Source: Octopus sinensis
Lineage: Eukaryota
Length of the DNA stretch: 64,000 bases
Assembly (NCBI RefSeq): GCF_006345805.1
Contig: NC_043018.1
Coordinates: 21,204,001 to 21,268,000, forward strand
Direction of reading: 5' to 3'
The first letter of the stretch is position 1. Every line of letters begins with the position of its first letter. The notes beneath the pieces were generated by a model. The model did not search any database. It was not told the origin of the DNA and saw only the letters and a list, made by a program, of their open reading frames with translations. Made by a program: the position numbers and the translations under genes. Of this stretch, positions 25,301 through 35,669 are shown piece by piece.

Positions 25301-27050
25301 TATCATACAAATATGATGGTGTTAGTTTCCAGTCTTCTGTGCAAGCCATTGTCTAGCCATGACCTCTCCTTCTCACAGGCATACACACACAGGCACACAA
25401 GCACACAGATATGCAATGGGTTACTTTATTACTTTCACGTATATCCTGATGGATTTTTTTCTTGGTAATATTAAAGCTTAGATTTGTTTTGAATTTCAGA
25501 AAGTAACAGTAGGGAATGATGGTTCCTGGAGCTCAGCAATTGCAGAACACATCAGGCACAATGATAAATCTCTTCTTGAAACTTGTGATCGATTAGTTGC
25601 TAGTTATGAACAAGAAATGTTGCCCTGTGAATCTATCATGGAATTCTTTGATGTATTTGGTAAGAGAGTTCTATATTTTTTTCATTTCCATTACTTGATC
25701 ATTTCCTTTCACTTTTTTATAGGTCAGGTAATCTGATATATATATATATATCGTAAAAAGCACCCACTACACTCACGGAGTGGTTGGCGTTAGGAAGGGC
25801 ATCCAGCTGTAGAAACATTGCCAGATAAGACTGGAGCCTGGTGCAGCCTTCTGGCTTCCCAGATCCCCGGTCGAACCGTCCAACCCATGCTAGCATGGAG
25901 AACGGACGTTAAACGATGATGATGATGATATATGGGATGAGGTGGTGAAGCATGACCTTCGAACATTGGGCCTCACAGAGGCAATGACAAAAGACCGAGA
26001 CCTCTGGAGGTATGCTGTGACTGAGAAGCCCCTGGCAAATAAAGTGAGTTCACGGCTGCAACCTACACCAGTGTCACATAACCAGCCCACTCAAAAGTAC
26101 CTTGGATTGTAGGGTAACATGCTGTGTTTGAGGAGACCTATTGAGTCAAGTACATCAACGTCAACAGCAATATCGAAATCAAATCAAATGGAAATTGTAG
26201 TTGTGACCCCCATGTCGGTAGCATGTGAAAAGCACCATCCAAACGTGGCCGATGCCAGTGCCGCTTTGACTGGCTTCTGTGCCGGTGGCATGTAAAAAGT
26301 ACCATCCGATCGTGGTCGATGCCAGCTCCTCTGGCCCCTGTGCCGGTAGCACATAAAAAGCACCCACTACACTCTCAGAGTGGTTGGCATTAGGAAGGGT
26401 ATCCAGCTGTAAAAACTCTGCCATATCAGATTGGGCCCTGGTACAGCCTCCTAGCTTCCCAGACCCCAGTCGAACCATCCAACCCATACCAGCATGGAAA
26501 ACAGGCATTAAACGATGATATGCATGTATGATATATATGTATATATGGTATATATGTATGATAATATATATATATATATATATATGTATGTATTTATGTA
26601 TGTATGATGATATATGCATGCATGTATGTATGTATGTATGATGATGTGTATATATATATATATTATACATAATTAGGATAAAGTCATTATTTAATGCTTT
26701 ATCAGTGGCCAGCATACTAATAGTACCATAATGGTTAATTTATATTGAAGTATAATTATAATAAGGGCCATGAAAAATGATGATGCCTGTCTGCTAGAAA
26801 GAGACCCCAAATGGTCTATAAAGCTTGTGGTGATGGAGCAATAATTTAAGTGGGTCTCTTTTGCCCTTATAATAATTTTGTAATTTTACTTATATATTTA
26901 TTCCTTGTAATTCTATAATAAACTCACTCAATTTTAATTGTCTTTGCAGGTCTCTTAGAAGATGTTCCCAATCCTGAACAGTTCTTCACGAATCTTTTAT
27001 CTTCTTTTACTACACCTTCTACTAACAGATCTTCAGCAACATCCCACTAA
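866..27050 (+). CDS. UBR4: E3 ubiquitin-protein ligase UBR4 (p600/pushover), 3' part, 20 coding exons, 5' end outside window
   Basis: Hand-spliced exons 866-949, 1555-1642, 1748-1829, 2553-2706, 3735-3860, 4818-5008, 7060-7132, 8298-8404, 9618-9717, 11912-12040, 19211-19300, 20712-20834, 21428-21561, 21677-21802, 22350-22544, 23319-23403, 23530-23669, 24435-24528, 25500-25659, 26950-27050 give 2382 nt in one open frame, all GT-AG. Recognisable UBR4 C-terminal motifs: [66 protein letters not shown]. Confidence 0.97.
1555..1642 (+). CDS. UBR4: UBR4 exon ([29 protein letters not shown])
   Basis: ctccag| ... |gtaatg, phase 0/1. Confidence 0.95.
1748..1829 (+). CDS. UBR4: UBR4 exon ([28 protein letters not shown])
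   Basis: ttatag| ... |gtttgt, phase 1/2. Confidence 0.93.
2261..2404. mobile_element. Small TIR element (piggyBac-like ends)
   Basis: Perfect 15-bp inverted repeat TCAACCCTTTGAGCC / GGCTCAAAGGGTTGA. Confidence 0.6.
2553..2706 (+). CDS. UBR4: UBR4 exon ([11 protein letters not shown]...MLGGLNL)
   Basis: ttacag| ... |gtaagg; matches ORF 2527..2721. Confidence 0.94.
2812..3039. mobile_element. piggyBac-type MITE family A
   Basis: TTAA-CCCTT...AAAGGA-TTAA ends. Related copies at 13756-13952 (seed of the array), ~40435-40540 (partial), 52988-53188, 53269-53497, ~57370-57596. Confidence 0.8.
3735..3860 (+). CDS. UBR4: UBR4 exon (ALWSEQESG...[23 protein letters not shown])
   Basis: ttgtag| ... 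|gtaatt, phase 0/0. Confidence 0.92.
4818..5008 (+). CDS. UBR4: UBR4 exon ([25 protein letters not shown]...HFKPYLDFN)
   Basis: tgtcag| ... |gtaagt, phase 0/2. Confidence 0.95.
5311..5538. mobile_element. piggyBac-type MITE family B
   Basis: TTAACCCTT...CGAAAGGGTTAA. Other copies 48175-48390 and a split copy 59157-59260 + 60000-60100. Confidence 0.8.
7060..7132 (+). CDS. UBR4: UBR4 exon ([24 protein letters not shown])
   Basis: ttccag| ... |gtaagt, phase 2/0. Confidence 0.93.
8298..8404 (+). CDS. UBR4: UBR4 exon ([35 protein letters not shown])
   Basis: ttctag| ... |gtaagt, phase 0/2. Confidence 0.9.
9618..9717 (+). CDS. UBR4: UBR4 exon ([33 protein letters not shown])
   Basis: ttttag| ... 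|gtagtt, phase 2/0. Confidence 0.93.
11437..11816. mobile_element. Tc1/mariner-type MITE, 380 bp
   Basis: 26-bp TIR (CACTWSCGTCAGAAATTAATTAGCAC, inner 20 bp perfect, 24/26 overall), TA on both flanks. Confidence 0.8.
11912..12040 (+). CDS. UBR4: UBR4 exon ([35 protein letters not shown]...)
   Basis: tggcag| ... |gtacgt, phase 0/0. Confidence 0.94.
13866..19168. repeat. Tandem array, 165-bp unit, ~32 copies, inside UBR4 intron 12041-19210
   Basis: Unit starts TGCATATTTCTAGAATAAC at 13866, 14031, 14196 (period 165); span 5303 bp; units nearly identical; one degraded unit at ~18200-18420. Confidence 0.98.
19211..19300 (+). CDS. UBR4: UBR4 exon ([30 protein letters not shown])
   Basis: cttcag| ... 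|gtgagt, phase 0/0. Confidence 0.95.
19486..19930 (+). pseudogene. Decayed, internally deleted Tc1/mariner-superfamily transposase fragment
   Basis: Frameshifted [10 protein letters not shown]...[34 protein letters not shown]...GGHFE; terminal-like CAGGGTGGCCC at 19486. Confidence 0.8.
20712..20834 (+). CDS. UBR4: UBR4 exon (TNEKGQV...[17 protein letters not shown])
   Basis: tttcag| ... |gttagt, phase 0/0. Confidence 0.96.
21428..21561 (+). CDS. UBR4: UBR4 exon ([10 protein letters not shown]...[21 protein letters not shown])
   Basis: gaatag| ... |gtttgt, phase 0/2. Confidence 0.96.
21677..21802 (+). CDS. UBR4: UBR4 exon ([29 protein letters not shown]...CLAR)
   Basis: gattag| ... |gtaagt, phase 2/2. 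Confidence 0.96.
22262..22326. repeat. (TA)n microsatellite just upstream of a UBR4 acceptor
   Basis: Direct reading. Confidence 0.95.
22350..22544 (+). CDS. UBR4: UBR4 exon ([10 protein letters not shown]...[26 protein letters not shown])
   Basis: cttcag| ... |gtgagt, phase 2/2. Confidence 0.96.
23319..23403 (+). CDS. UBR4: UBR4 exon ([28 protein letters not shown])
   Basis: tttcag| ... |gtaaag, phase 2/0. Confidence 0.95.
23530..23669 (+). CDS. UBR4: UBR4 exon ([21 protein letters not shown]...STGAK)
   Basis: caacag| ... |gtaagt, phase 0/2. Confidence 0.93.
24435..24528 (+). CDS. UBR4: UBR4 exon ([31 protein letters not shown])
   Basis: ttacag| ... |gtgagt, phase 2/0. Confidence 0.92.
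24660..24850. repeat. Minisatellite of ~25-nt units (GTGACACGTAAAGGGC...) expanded inside an RTE 3'UTR copy
   Basis: About 7 imperfect tandem units. Confidence 0.8.
25500..25659 (+). CDS. UBR4: UBR4 exon ([22 protein letters not shown]...MEFFDVF)
   Basis: tttcag| ... |gtaaga, phase 0/1. Confidence 0.94.
25932..26522 (+). mobile_element. RTE-type LINE 3' end: ORF C-terminus, 3'UTR and (ATG)n tail
   Basis: [29 protein letters not shown] running into the GAAGGG(C/T)ATCCAGCTGTA...CCAACCCATGCTAGCATGG...GATGATG module. Confidence 0.8.
26950..27050 (+). CDS. UBR4: UBR4 last coding exon ([33 protein letters not shown])
   Basis: ttgcag| ... TAA at 27048-27050. Confidence 0.92.
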
Positions 27051-27134
27051 ATGTTTCTTCTGCCTCTTTTTCTTTGGGGGGGAAAAAGATTTGGTGATCA
27101 CTTCTGGCAACTTTCACACATTGCCTACTTGTAC

Positions 27135-27140
27135 AATAAA
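27135..27140 (+). promoter_or_regulatory. Candidate polyadenylation signal of UBR4
   Basis: AATAAA ~85 nt after the stop, followed by T/GT-rich sequence; distal sites not excluded. Confidence 0.45.
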
Positions 27141-28282
27141 ACAGTACTATAACAGTAATTTCTATGTTTAAATTATGTTGTTTCTCTCGCATGTTTCCGA
27201 CTAAGTATTAATGATTCCATCTGTAAGGTAATGTTACTCTTCCCTGTAAAGTTGATGATAGCTTTATGATCTTGGCTGTGACCACTTGGAGCAAGTTTCT
27301 CACTAATCAACTAAATTAACTTATTACTTATATTTTGTATCAACTAAGTTGCAGGTGTACTTTTTTTTTTGCAAGTTTTGTTGCAATAATTACGTAAGTA
27401 ATATAATAATGATATATGATAATATATATAAATGTTAAGTTTTTTTCTGAGGGGAAATTATGCTTTGTTTACTATTATGTTAGTTAAGGCTGCAAATACC
27501 TTCAGAAAATGAAGCATTTAATTTGACACCTTCTCAGTGAAAATATGTTAAACCAGTTTTTAAAACTAAGATAGCTGACAGGATAATCCTAGGAATAAGA
27601 TTATATATGCTGAAGTATTAGTTCTATTTTGATTAAACATTGGAATTCTGGAATTCAGAGAATAAGACTAAGTCTTCAGTTTCTTCTGGTTTTAATTTTT
27701 ATTGAAGACATTGTGTTTTAATTATCTTGGATTAAAATAATTTATTAAAACAAATATTTTCTCCAACCAATTGTTTTGTCAAGAAGAAAGTCCCTGTTCT
27801 ATTTAGGTCTTTCCGACAAGTTTTGTTTTGTAATTTATTTGAAAGAACATGTAACATTGCTGCTATTAAGTGATTTTATTTTTTGACTCAGTCAGTGGAC
27901 ATTTTGCCAGAACTGTTTCTTGAGGATGCATGTTGCTTTTTTTTTTCATTACTATTATTATTATTGATGCCTAATGTTTCTACAAAAAAAAAGAAAAATG
28001 AAAAACCAAAACATTCTTCATCAGTTTGGATTAAATGTTCCTGTCGTCAAACCAATGGGGCTTCTTTATCCGAAATTAATTTCAGAATGAAGCACTAAAA
28101 TATTTTTGCTTGATTATTAAAACATATTAAAATATATTCTATTGTTGTGTTTACAAAATTGAGTGGGTTTTTTTAAAAGAAAAAAAAAAAAAAGAAATGA
28201 AAAAGAAAAACAACAAAGATTTCTGATGAGTTTTTAGTAAATATTTTCAAAATTAATTACAGTCTGTTTAATTAATCTCTTA

Positions 28283-28690
28283 TGTTAGTTAGTTAGTTAG
28301 TTAGTTAGTTAATTTGGCTCAAAAGCAAATAGCAAGGCCATGTAGGGGGACATGGAGTTAAGTACAGGGTGGTGTTCATGTAAAGAGTTCAGGCCACTTG
28401 AGGTCAAGGGAAGCTTTGAACAAAGCGGTCGTCGGCATCTTCACCATCTCGTCTGGCAGCTTGTTCCACGGATCCGCAACCCGGACGGAGAAAGCTCCTC
28501 TCCTTCGATTGAGATGAAATCGTCGCAGATAGAGCTTTTCGGAGTGACCCTGCAGCCGACGCTCTGGAGTAGGAGTGAAGAACAGCTCTTTCGAGAGGTT
28601 ACACTTTCCGCTTATGATGTTGTGGGCGAGAATGAGATCACCACGGAGATCACCACTTTGTCGGATCTATGTTGGGTGGTTAACCTGTAA
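28283..28690 (-). mobile_element. CR1-group LINE 3' fragment
   Basis: On -: DLRGDLILAHNIISGK...QGHSEKLYLRRFHLNRRRGAFSVRVADPWNKLPDEMV...FKASLD; (TAAC)n tail at 28283-28312. Confidence 0.85.
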
Positions 28691-29479
28691 CCTAATTTAC
28701 CTTGAATTAAAGTTTGTTCCCAAGAACATAAGGAACAGTCCTTCTATGACGATGGCTAAGTCACTCTGTAGTTCATGCTCTGAGAATCTTATCGTCATCA
28801 TTGTTGTTGGCATTTGAACATCTATTCTTCCATTTTTCCGTGCTTGCAGGGGTCGGACAGAATTTCCTGAGGCAGATTTTTTTTCTGTTGCCAGATGCCC
28901 TTTCTGTTATCTGTTTCCAAGTTAGATAATATTACCCCATGGCCAGACATGGCTTCTGTGGAAGATTGAAAACAAAAGACACTGCTTATGACAGTGATGT
29001 TCATTTACAACTATCACGCTTTGTCAAGACAAGGGGGGGGGGACACATGCACACACGATGGGCTTCTTTCAGTTTCTGTCTACTAAATCCACCCAAGGCT
29101 TTCATTGGTCCATGATTATAGTAGAAAATACTTGCCCAAGATGCCATGCAATGGTCCTGAACCAGAAATCATGTCATTGGGAAACAAAATTTTTAACTAC
29201 ACAACCATGCCTGCACACACACACACACACATAAATGTGAGGACGCATGGCCTAATAGTTAGGGTGTTGTGTACTCATGACTGTGAGATCTTGGTTTCAA
29301 TTCTTAGATTGGGTGGTGCATTGTGTTCTTGAACAAAACTCTTAATATCACGTTGTTCTGTGATCACTTTGGCATTTGATGTATGCTACACAGCATGCTT
29401 GTTCAGATGCCAATTTGATCACTATAAACAGATCATTTGTGCAAGCTGAACACTCATACATCGTCTTTGACAGGAGAGT

Positions 29480-29920
29480 CCACCATATTGAAACTCCGAC
29501 GTCTGGCAGCTGACTTGGCAGACACCCATAAAATTATCAACCATCGTACAAACAATAACTCTGAGCACCTTTTCAAACTCCACCTGTCTAACACCCGTGG
29601 ACATATTTACAAAGTAAGAAGACAGCACAGCTCCCATGACTTCAGGAAACATTTTTTCACGCTGAGAGTTGCTGAAGCATGGAACAAACTGCCGGCATCA
29701 GCTGTTAGTTGTCGGAGCACTGCATCCTTCAAAACTTCCATGCTTCCTGAGATTCGCCAACACTACACTTGATTTTCTCCCCTCCATACACACACAAGCA
29801 TGTATCTGACTCATACATGTTCGCTTTCCAGACATTTCTACATTACTGCATATACTTTATATGCACTTTCTGACAAGTTGTGGTGCACCTGAGCACCATA
29901 TACAATAATTTCATTATTTT
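29480..29920 (+). mobile_element. CR1-group LINE 3' fragment (second family)
   Basis: LKLRRLAADL...NTRGHIYKV...RKHFFTLRVAEAWNKLPAS...SFK (ORF 29437..29772) plus 3'UTR. Confidence 0.85.
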
Positions 29921-32900
29921 TATATATATATATATATATATGTATTACACCACGCACAGACACACACACACACACATGATGTTTCCTTGTCTTGACATTG
30001 CACCATAGTTGTAAGAACCAATATGGTGAAACTGCAAGTTTTATTGTTGAGCCAAGTGATGTAACTTCCACCATTGCTGGACCTAATGTCAAACTTAGAT
30101 TAAACCAAACGTCCATTAAGTGACCTCGGAAAGCTAGAGAGAGACTATTCAGCCACAGAAACCCTCTTTTTAAGACTCTTCTCAATTACAGGATCTTCAC
30201 TTACACTGCACCCATGACCAAACCAAGAGCATGGGGTTGGTATTTTTGTTGGTTATTTTTTTTTAAGACAGGGTAAGCACTCCGTCGGTTACGACGACAA
30301 GGGTTCTGGTTGATCCAAATCAACGGAACAGCCTGCTCGTGAAATTAACGTGTAAGTGGCTGAGCACTCCACAGACACATGCACCCTTAACGTAGTTCTC
30401 GGGGATATTCAGCGTGACACAGAGAGTGACAAGGCTGGCCCCTTGAAATACAGGTACAACAGAAACAGGAAGTAAGAGTGAGAGAAAGTTGTGGTGAAAG
30501 AGTACAGCAGGGATCACCACCATCCCCTGCCGGAGCCTCGTGGAGCTTTTAGGTATTTTTGCTCAATAAACACTCACAACGCCCGGTCTGGGAATCAAAA
30601 CCGCGATCATATGACCGCAAGTCCACTGCCCTAACCACTGGGCCATTGCGCCTTAAGACAGAAGAGCGGCAGTAATATGATCTTTTCCAGCCATTCTAGA
30701 TTTGGTGAGACTGATGGATGTAGCTGATGTAAGAAAATAATAGCAGGGTGACATTTGGAGAGGAGCTGCAGCTCTGGGAAGAAGGGAGCATAGAGGTTGT
30801 TGGTGGGTGACTCACTTTGACCCTTAATGACCAGATCAAGCCCAAATAGTTTTTGTGCTCAGACCAGCCAGGCCTGCACTCTCACACCTACCTTACAATG
30901 TCATTCTTAAAATATACAGTTAAATTGTCAAAACCCCAGACCTACAAGTTAATGCAGGATTATTTCAAAGCAACGTGTACAAATGAGCATTTCACTGAAC
31001 CGAGTAATCCCAATGCAAAAGGGTTGAATCAGCAAAGTAACTCTTTTCTCAATGCTGCTTCGAATGTTAGTTGTGGCCATTCTCCCAGAGATGTGTGTGT
31101 ATATCCCATCACTGCTTGGTAACCAGTGTTGGTGTGTTTACGTCCCCACAACTTAGTGGTTTGGCAAAAGGGATTGATAGAATAGCACCAGGTTTAGCTA
31201 AAAAAAATTAAGTACCAGGGTGCGATTCATTCGACTAAATGTTCTTCAAGGTGGTGCTCCAGCATAGTCGCAGTCTAATGACAGCCCAGTTAAAGGTTAT
31301 ATGTGTGTGTATATATATATAAATATGTATATATATATATATGTATATAGTTAATCCAAACATGAAAACACAACAACACGAGGACGTGGAACAAATATAG
31401 TATTATTGGACGCTCAAGAAGGAGGGTTTAACGTTTCGAACGGAGCTCTTCGTCGGAAACATAGAAGGAAAGATCCAGAGAAGAGAAGACAGAGGAAAAA
31501 AATCGCCAATGGTACACACACGGTCACATTTTGAATGTATATATATATATATATATATATGTATTACACCACACACAGACACACACACACACACATGATG
31601 TTTCCTTGTCTTGACATTGCACCATAGTTGTAAGAACCAATATGGTGAAACTGCAAGTTTTATTGTTGAGCCAAGTGATGTAACTTCCACCATTGCTGGA
31701 CCTAATGTCAAACTTAGATTAAACCAAACGTCCATTAAGTGACCTCGGAAAGCTAGAGAGAGACTATTCAGCCACAGAAACCCTCTTTTTAAGACTCTTC
31801 TCAATTACAGGATCTTCACTTACACTGCACCCATGACCAAACCAAGAGCATGGGGTTGGTATTTTTGTTTGGTTATTTTTTTTTAAGACAGGGTAAGCAC
31901 TCCGTCGGTTACGACGACAAGGGTTCTGGTTGATCCAAATCAACGGAACAGCCTGCTCGTGAAATTAACGTGTAAGTGGCTGAGCACTCCACAGACACAT
32001 GCACCCTTAACGTAGTTCTCGGGGATATTCAGCGTGACACAGAGAGTGACAAGGCTGGCCCCTTGAAATACAGGTACAACAGAAACAGGAAGTAAGAGTG
32101 AGAGAAAGTTGTGGTGAAAGAGTACAGCAGGGATCACCACCATCCCCTGCCGGAGCCTCGTGGAGCTTTTAGGTATTTTCGCTCAATAAACACTCACAAC
32201 GCCCGGTCTGGGAATCAAAACCGCGATCATATGACCGCAAGTCCACTGCCCTAACCACTGGGCCATTGCGCCTTAAGACAGAAGAGCGGCAGTAATATGA
32301 TCTTTTCCAGCCATTCTAGATTTGGTGAGACTGATGGATGTAGCTGATGTAAGAAAATAATAGCAGGGTGACATTTGGAGAGGAGCTGCAACTCTGGGAA
32401 GAAGGGAGCATAGAGGTTGTTGGTGGGTGACTCACTTTGACCCTTAATGACCAGATCAAGCCCAAATAGTTTTTGTGCTCAGACCAGCCAGGCCTGCACT
32501 CTCACACCTACCTTACAATGTCATTCTTAAAATATACAGTTAAATTGTCAAAACCCCAGACCTACAAGTTAATGCAGGATTATTTCAAAGCAACGTGTAC
32601 AAATGAGCATTTCACTGAACCGAGTAATCCCAATGCAAAAGGGTTGAATCAGCAAAGTAACTCTTTTCTCAATGCTGCTTCGAATGTTAGTTGTGGCCAT
32701 TCTCCCAGAGATGTGTGTGTATATCCCATCACTGCTTGGTAACCAGTGTTGGTGTGTTTACGTCCCCACAACTTAGTGGTTTGGCAAAAGGGATTGATAG
32801 AATAGCACCAGGTTTAGCTAAAAAAAATTAAGTACCAGGGTGCGATTCATTCGACTAAATGTTCTTCAAGGTGGTGCTCCAGCATAGTCGCAGTCTAATG

Positions 32901-33170
32901 ACAGCCCAGTTAAAGGTTATATGTGTGTGTATATATATATATATGTATATATATATATGTATATAGTTAATCCAAACATGAAAACACAACAACACGAGGA
33001 CGTGGAACAAATATAGTATTATTGGACGCTCAAGAAGGAGGGTTTAACGTTTCGAACAGAGCTCTTCGTCGGAAACATAGAAGGAAAGATCCAGAGAAGA
33101 GAAGACAGAGGAAAAAAATCGCCAATGGTACACACACGGTCACATTTTGAATGTATATATATATATATAT
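29921..33170. repeat. Direct tandem duplication of a ~1.62-kb unit (2 copies)
   Basis: Identical ORFs recur 1620 bp apart (30320/31940, 30853/32473); only a few SNPs/indels seen; boundaries fall in (TA)n runs. Confidence 0.95.
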
Positions 33171-35009
33171 TTATTTAAGGGTGAGTGTTACTGTAAGGAG
33201 ATAGAAATTTTGAAACCTAACAATTTTAAGGATTTTATATTTTCATCTGTAAGGAAGCACCAGTGAGAGCATGTTAAAGTGGAGGCAGTGGGTATATTGG
33301 TTCAGAGCCTGGATAATCAAAAAGGGACTTATGAATGTCTGATGGGAACTCCTTCCCTCGAATACAAAAACCTCCCATCCTTCTTGAATTTCAAGAGAGC
33401 CTCAACCCAGCCCCTGATGAAGCCTGAAAGCAGTTGTTTCACCTGGTAAGATTTGTTTTTTTAAGGCCCCTGGGTGCAATGTTTTCATTGATATTTAGTT
33501 TTGATAAGGTTATAACTATAAATTGTCTCAAGGGTTTATAATCTCAAAGAGATTTTACGCAAAACTAAATCCTTCCTTGGTTCAGTTACCATCGGATTTT
33601 TTTCATGCTAGCTTAGCTTGGACAAGAGTAAATTTAGAGCATATATTTCTTTATTACCCACAAGGGGCTAAACACAGAGGGGACAAACAAGGACAGACAA
33701 AGGGATCAAGTCGATTACATCGACCCCAGTGCGTAACTGGTACTTAATTTATCAACCACGAAAGGATGAAAGGCAAAGTCGACTTCAGCAGAATTTGAAC
33801 TCAGAACGTAACGGCAGACGAAATACGGCTACGCATTTCGCCCGACGTACTAACGTTTCTGCCAGCTCGCCGCCTTATTTGGAGCATAGTAATGCTCCTT
33901 ATTTGGAGCATAGTCTTTGCAACAAGATGCTCTTCCTGCTTCTAAAACCTTTATCTGTTTCTCAAGTAAGGGCTTGTTTTCTATTCCAGAGAAATTTGAG
34001 TGTTGAATCAGTGGATGATCTGTTAATAGGAAGCATCAAGAAATGTCACCAGCTGCTGCCTGGCCATAAGTAGGGGGGAGGGCATTACTTGTAGTTGTTA
34101 CTCAGTATGTATTGCAAACATCCCCTCCACACACACACACATTCTTAAACAAGAATATTATTGATAGTAACTTCTAAGTTTTGGCTAGTTAAGCCATTGT
34201 TGGATGATGGCTTAACTGGCCGAAACTTCAAAGTTACTGTCAACCATATTCTTCCTCATCATCATTTAACGTCCATTGTCCGTGCTAGCATGGGTTGGAC
34301 GGTTTGACCAGGGCTGGTAAGCTGGAAGGCTGCACCAGACTCCAGTCTGTTTGGCATGGTTTTCTACAGCTGGATGCCCTTCCTAATACCAACCACTCTG
34401 CAGATTGTAATGGATGCTTTTACGTGCCATTTGTGTGACTCCAGTATCTGCCATGACTGCGATTTTGCTCCACTTAATAAATTTATGCTCTATGAAAGGA
34501 TAGCATAATCCATCAGATTAATGTAGAATTATTTTTATTATAACTGAGCATAAAAACAAACATTAACGTGTGTGTGTGTGTATATATATGTATGTATATA
34601 TATATATATGTGTGTGTATTTATATGTGTATATATGTATGTATATATATTATGTGTATATATATATATGTATGTGTGTGTGTATAATGTTGCTCATCATA
34701 GATTTTAAGCATTCACAGAGACCTGCTCATGTGCAGATGGCAGGCTTCTTTCAATTTATGTCTACCAAATTCTTTCAGAAGGCATTATGTGGTCTGGGAC
34801 ACTCAGAGGATGGCTAGGGTGTGCTGTCCAATGGAACTGAACCTGAAGCTACATGGTTAAAAGGTGACTGTCTTAACTTCACAGCCATGCCTGCACTTAT
34901 TACCAACTCTTTAATGCCCATAACATCAAGGTTAGCTACTCAGGCTTAGATAATCCCATTCAATGTTACTAGCTACAACAGAAACAAATATACAGTCTGT
35001 ACTCTGCTC

Positions 35010-35550
35010 TCGTCCGTTGAAAGAAGCTCGTGAAAGACAACACTTTCTAATCCCACCAAACTGAAAGCAGAATCTTCTTTGGATGAAGTCCTCCGTTGGA
35101 AATTGTTTGTGATGGTTCGCTGCACTTCCACCATGATCTTTTGTATTTCATATTGTTATAGACAATCCATTTTTTGTCCTCTGACATCATTCTCTTCAAA
35201 AGAAAACATTTTCTTCATGTTTCTGCAACGATTGGAAATCCGTTGGGGGAATTTAGTCTCATTCAATTGATGTGGGACCGATACATCGAGGCTCCTGACA
35301 TAGCCAAGTTGATGTGGATGGTTTTCAACACAAGGTTTGTATATTTGGAGAATATCTGCAATCATCCTAATCGTATTACAGAGGTTGGTGTCAAATAGTT
35401 CCTGGCCAGCCAGAGTGAGGTGCATCTTGAATCGAAAAATCTCCCTCATCGAAATCTTCAAAAACTACTTCGGGCACACATGTTCTCTAACAGCATCCAC
35501 TTCGTACTCAACGCATATCTCCCTGAAGGTTTCCGCCCCCTTCTTATCGT
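35010..35550 (-). pseudogene. Decayed mariner transposase, N-terminal half
   Basis: Across frameshifts: AETFREIC...EGDFSIQDAPHSG.P...LGYVRSLDVSVPHQLNE...KWIVYNNMKYKRSW...LHPKKILLSVWWD. Confidence 0.85.
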
Positions 35551-35669
35551 TTTTGAAAATAAAAAAAAGTATGAGGTGCCGATAAAATAAGTATCTGTTG
35601 AGCACTGGGGTTGATGTATCCGATTTGTGCCCCCCATCAACATTGCTGGCCTTGTGCTAGAGAATTTTG

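Noticed and set aside
28352-28817. Plus-strand ORFs 28352..28690 and 28575..28817
   Set aside because: Shadow of the CR1 ORF2 fragment on the minus strand.
29838-32742. Duplicated ORFs (MRRVLKRG..., MVVIPAV..., MCSDQPG...) as a gene family
   Set aside because: They recur only because of the 1.62-kb duplication or the SINE; no splice structure or recognisable domain.
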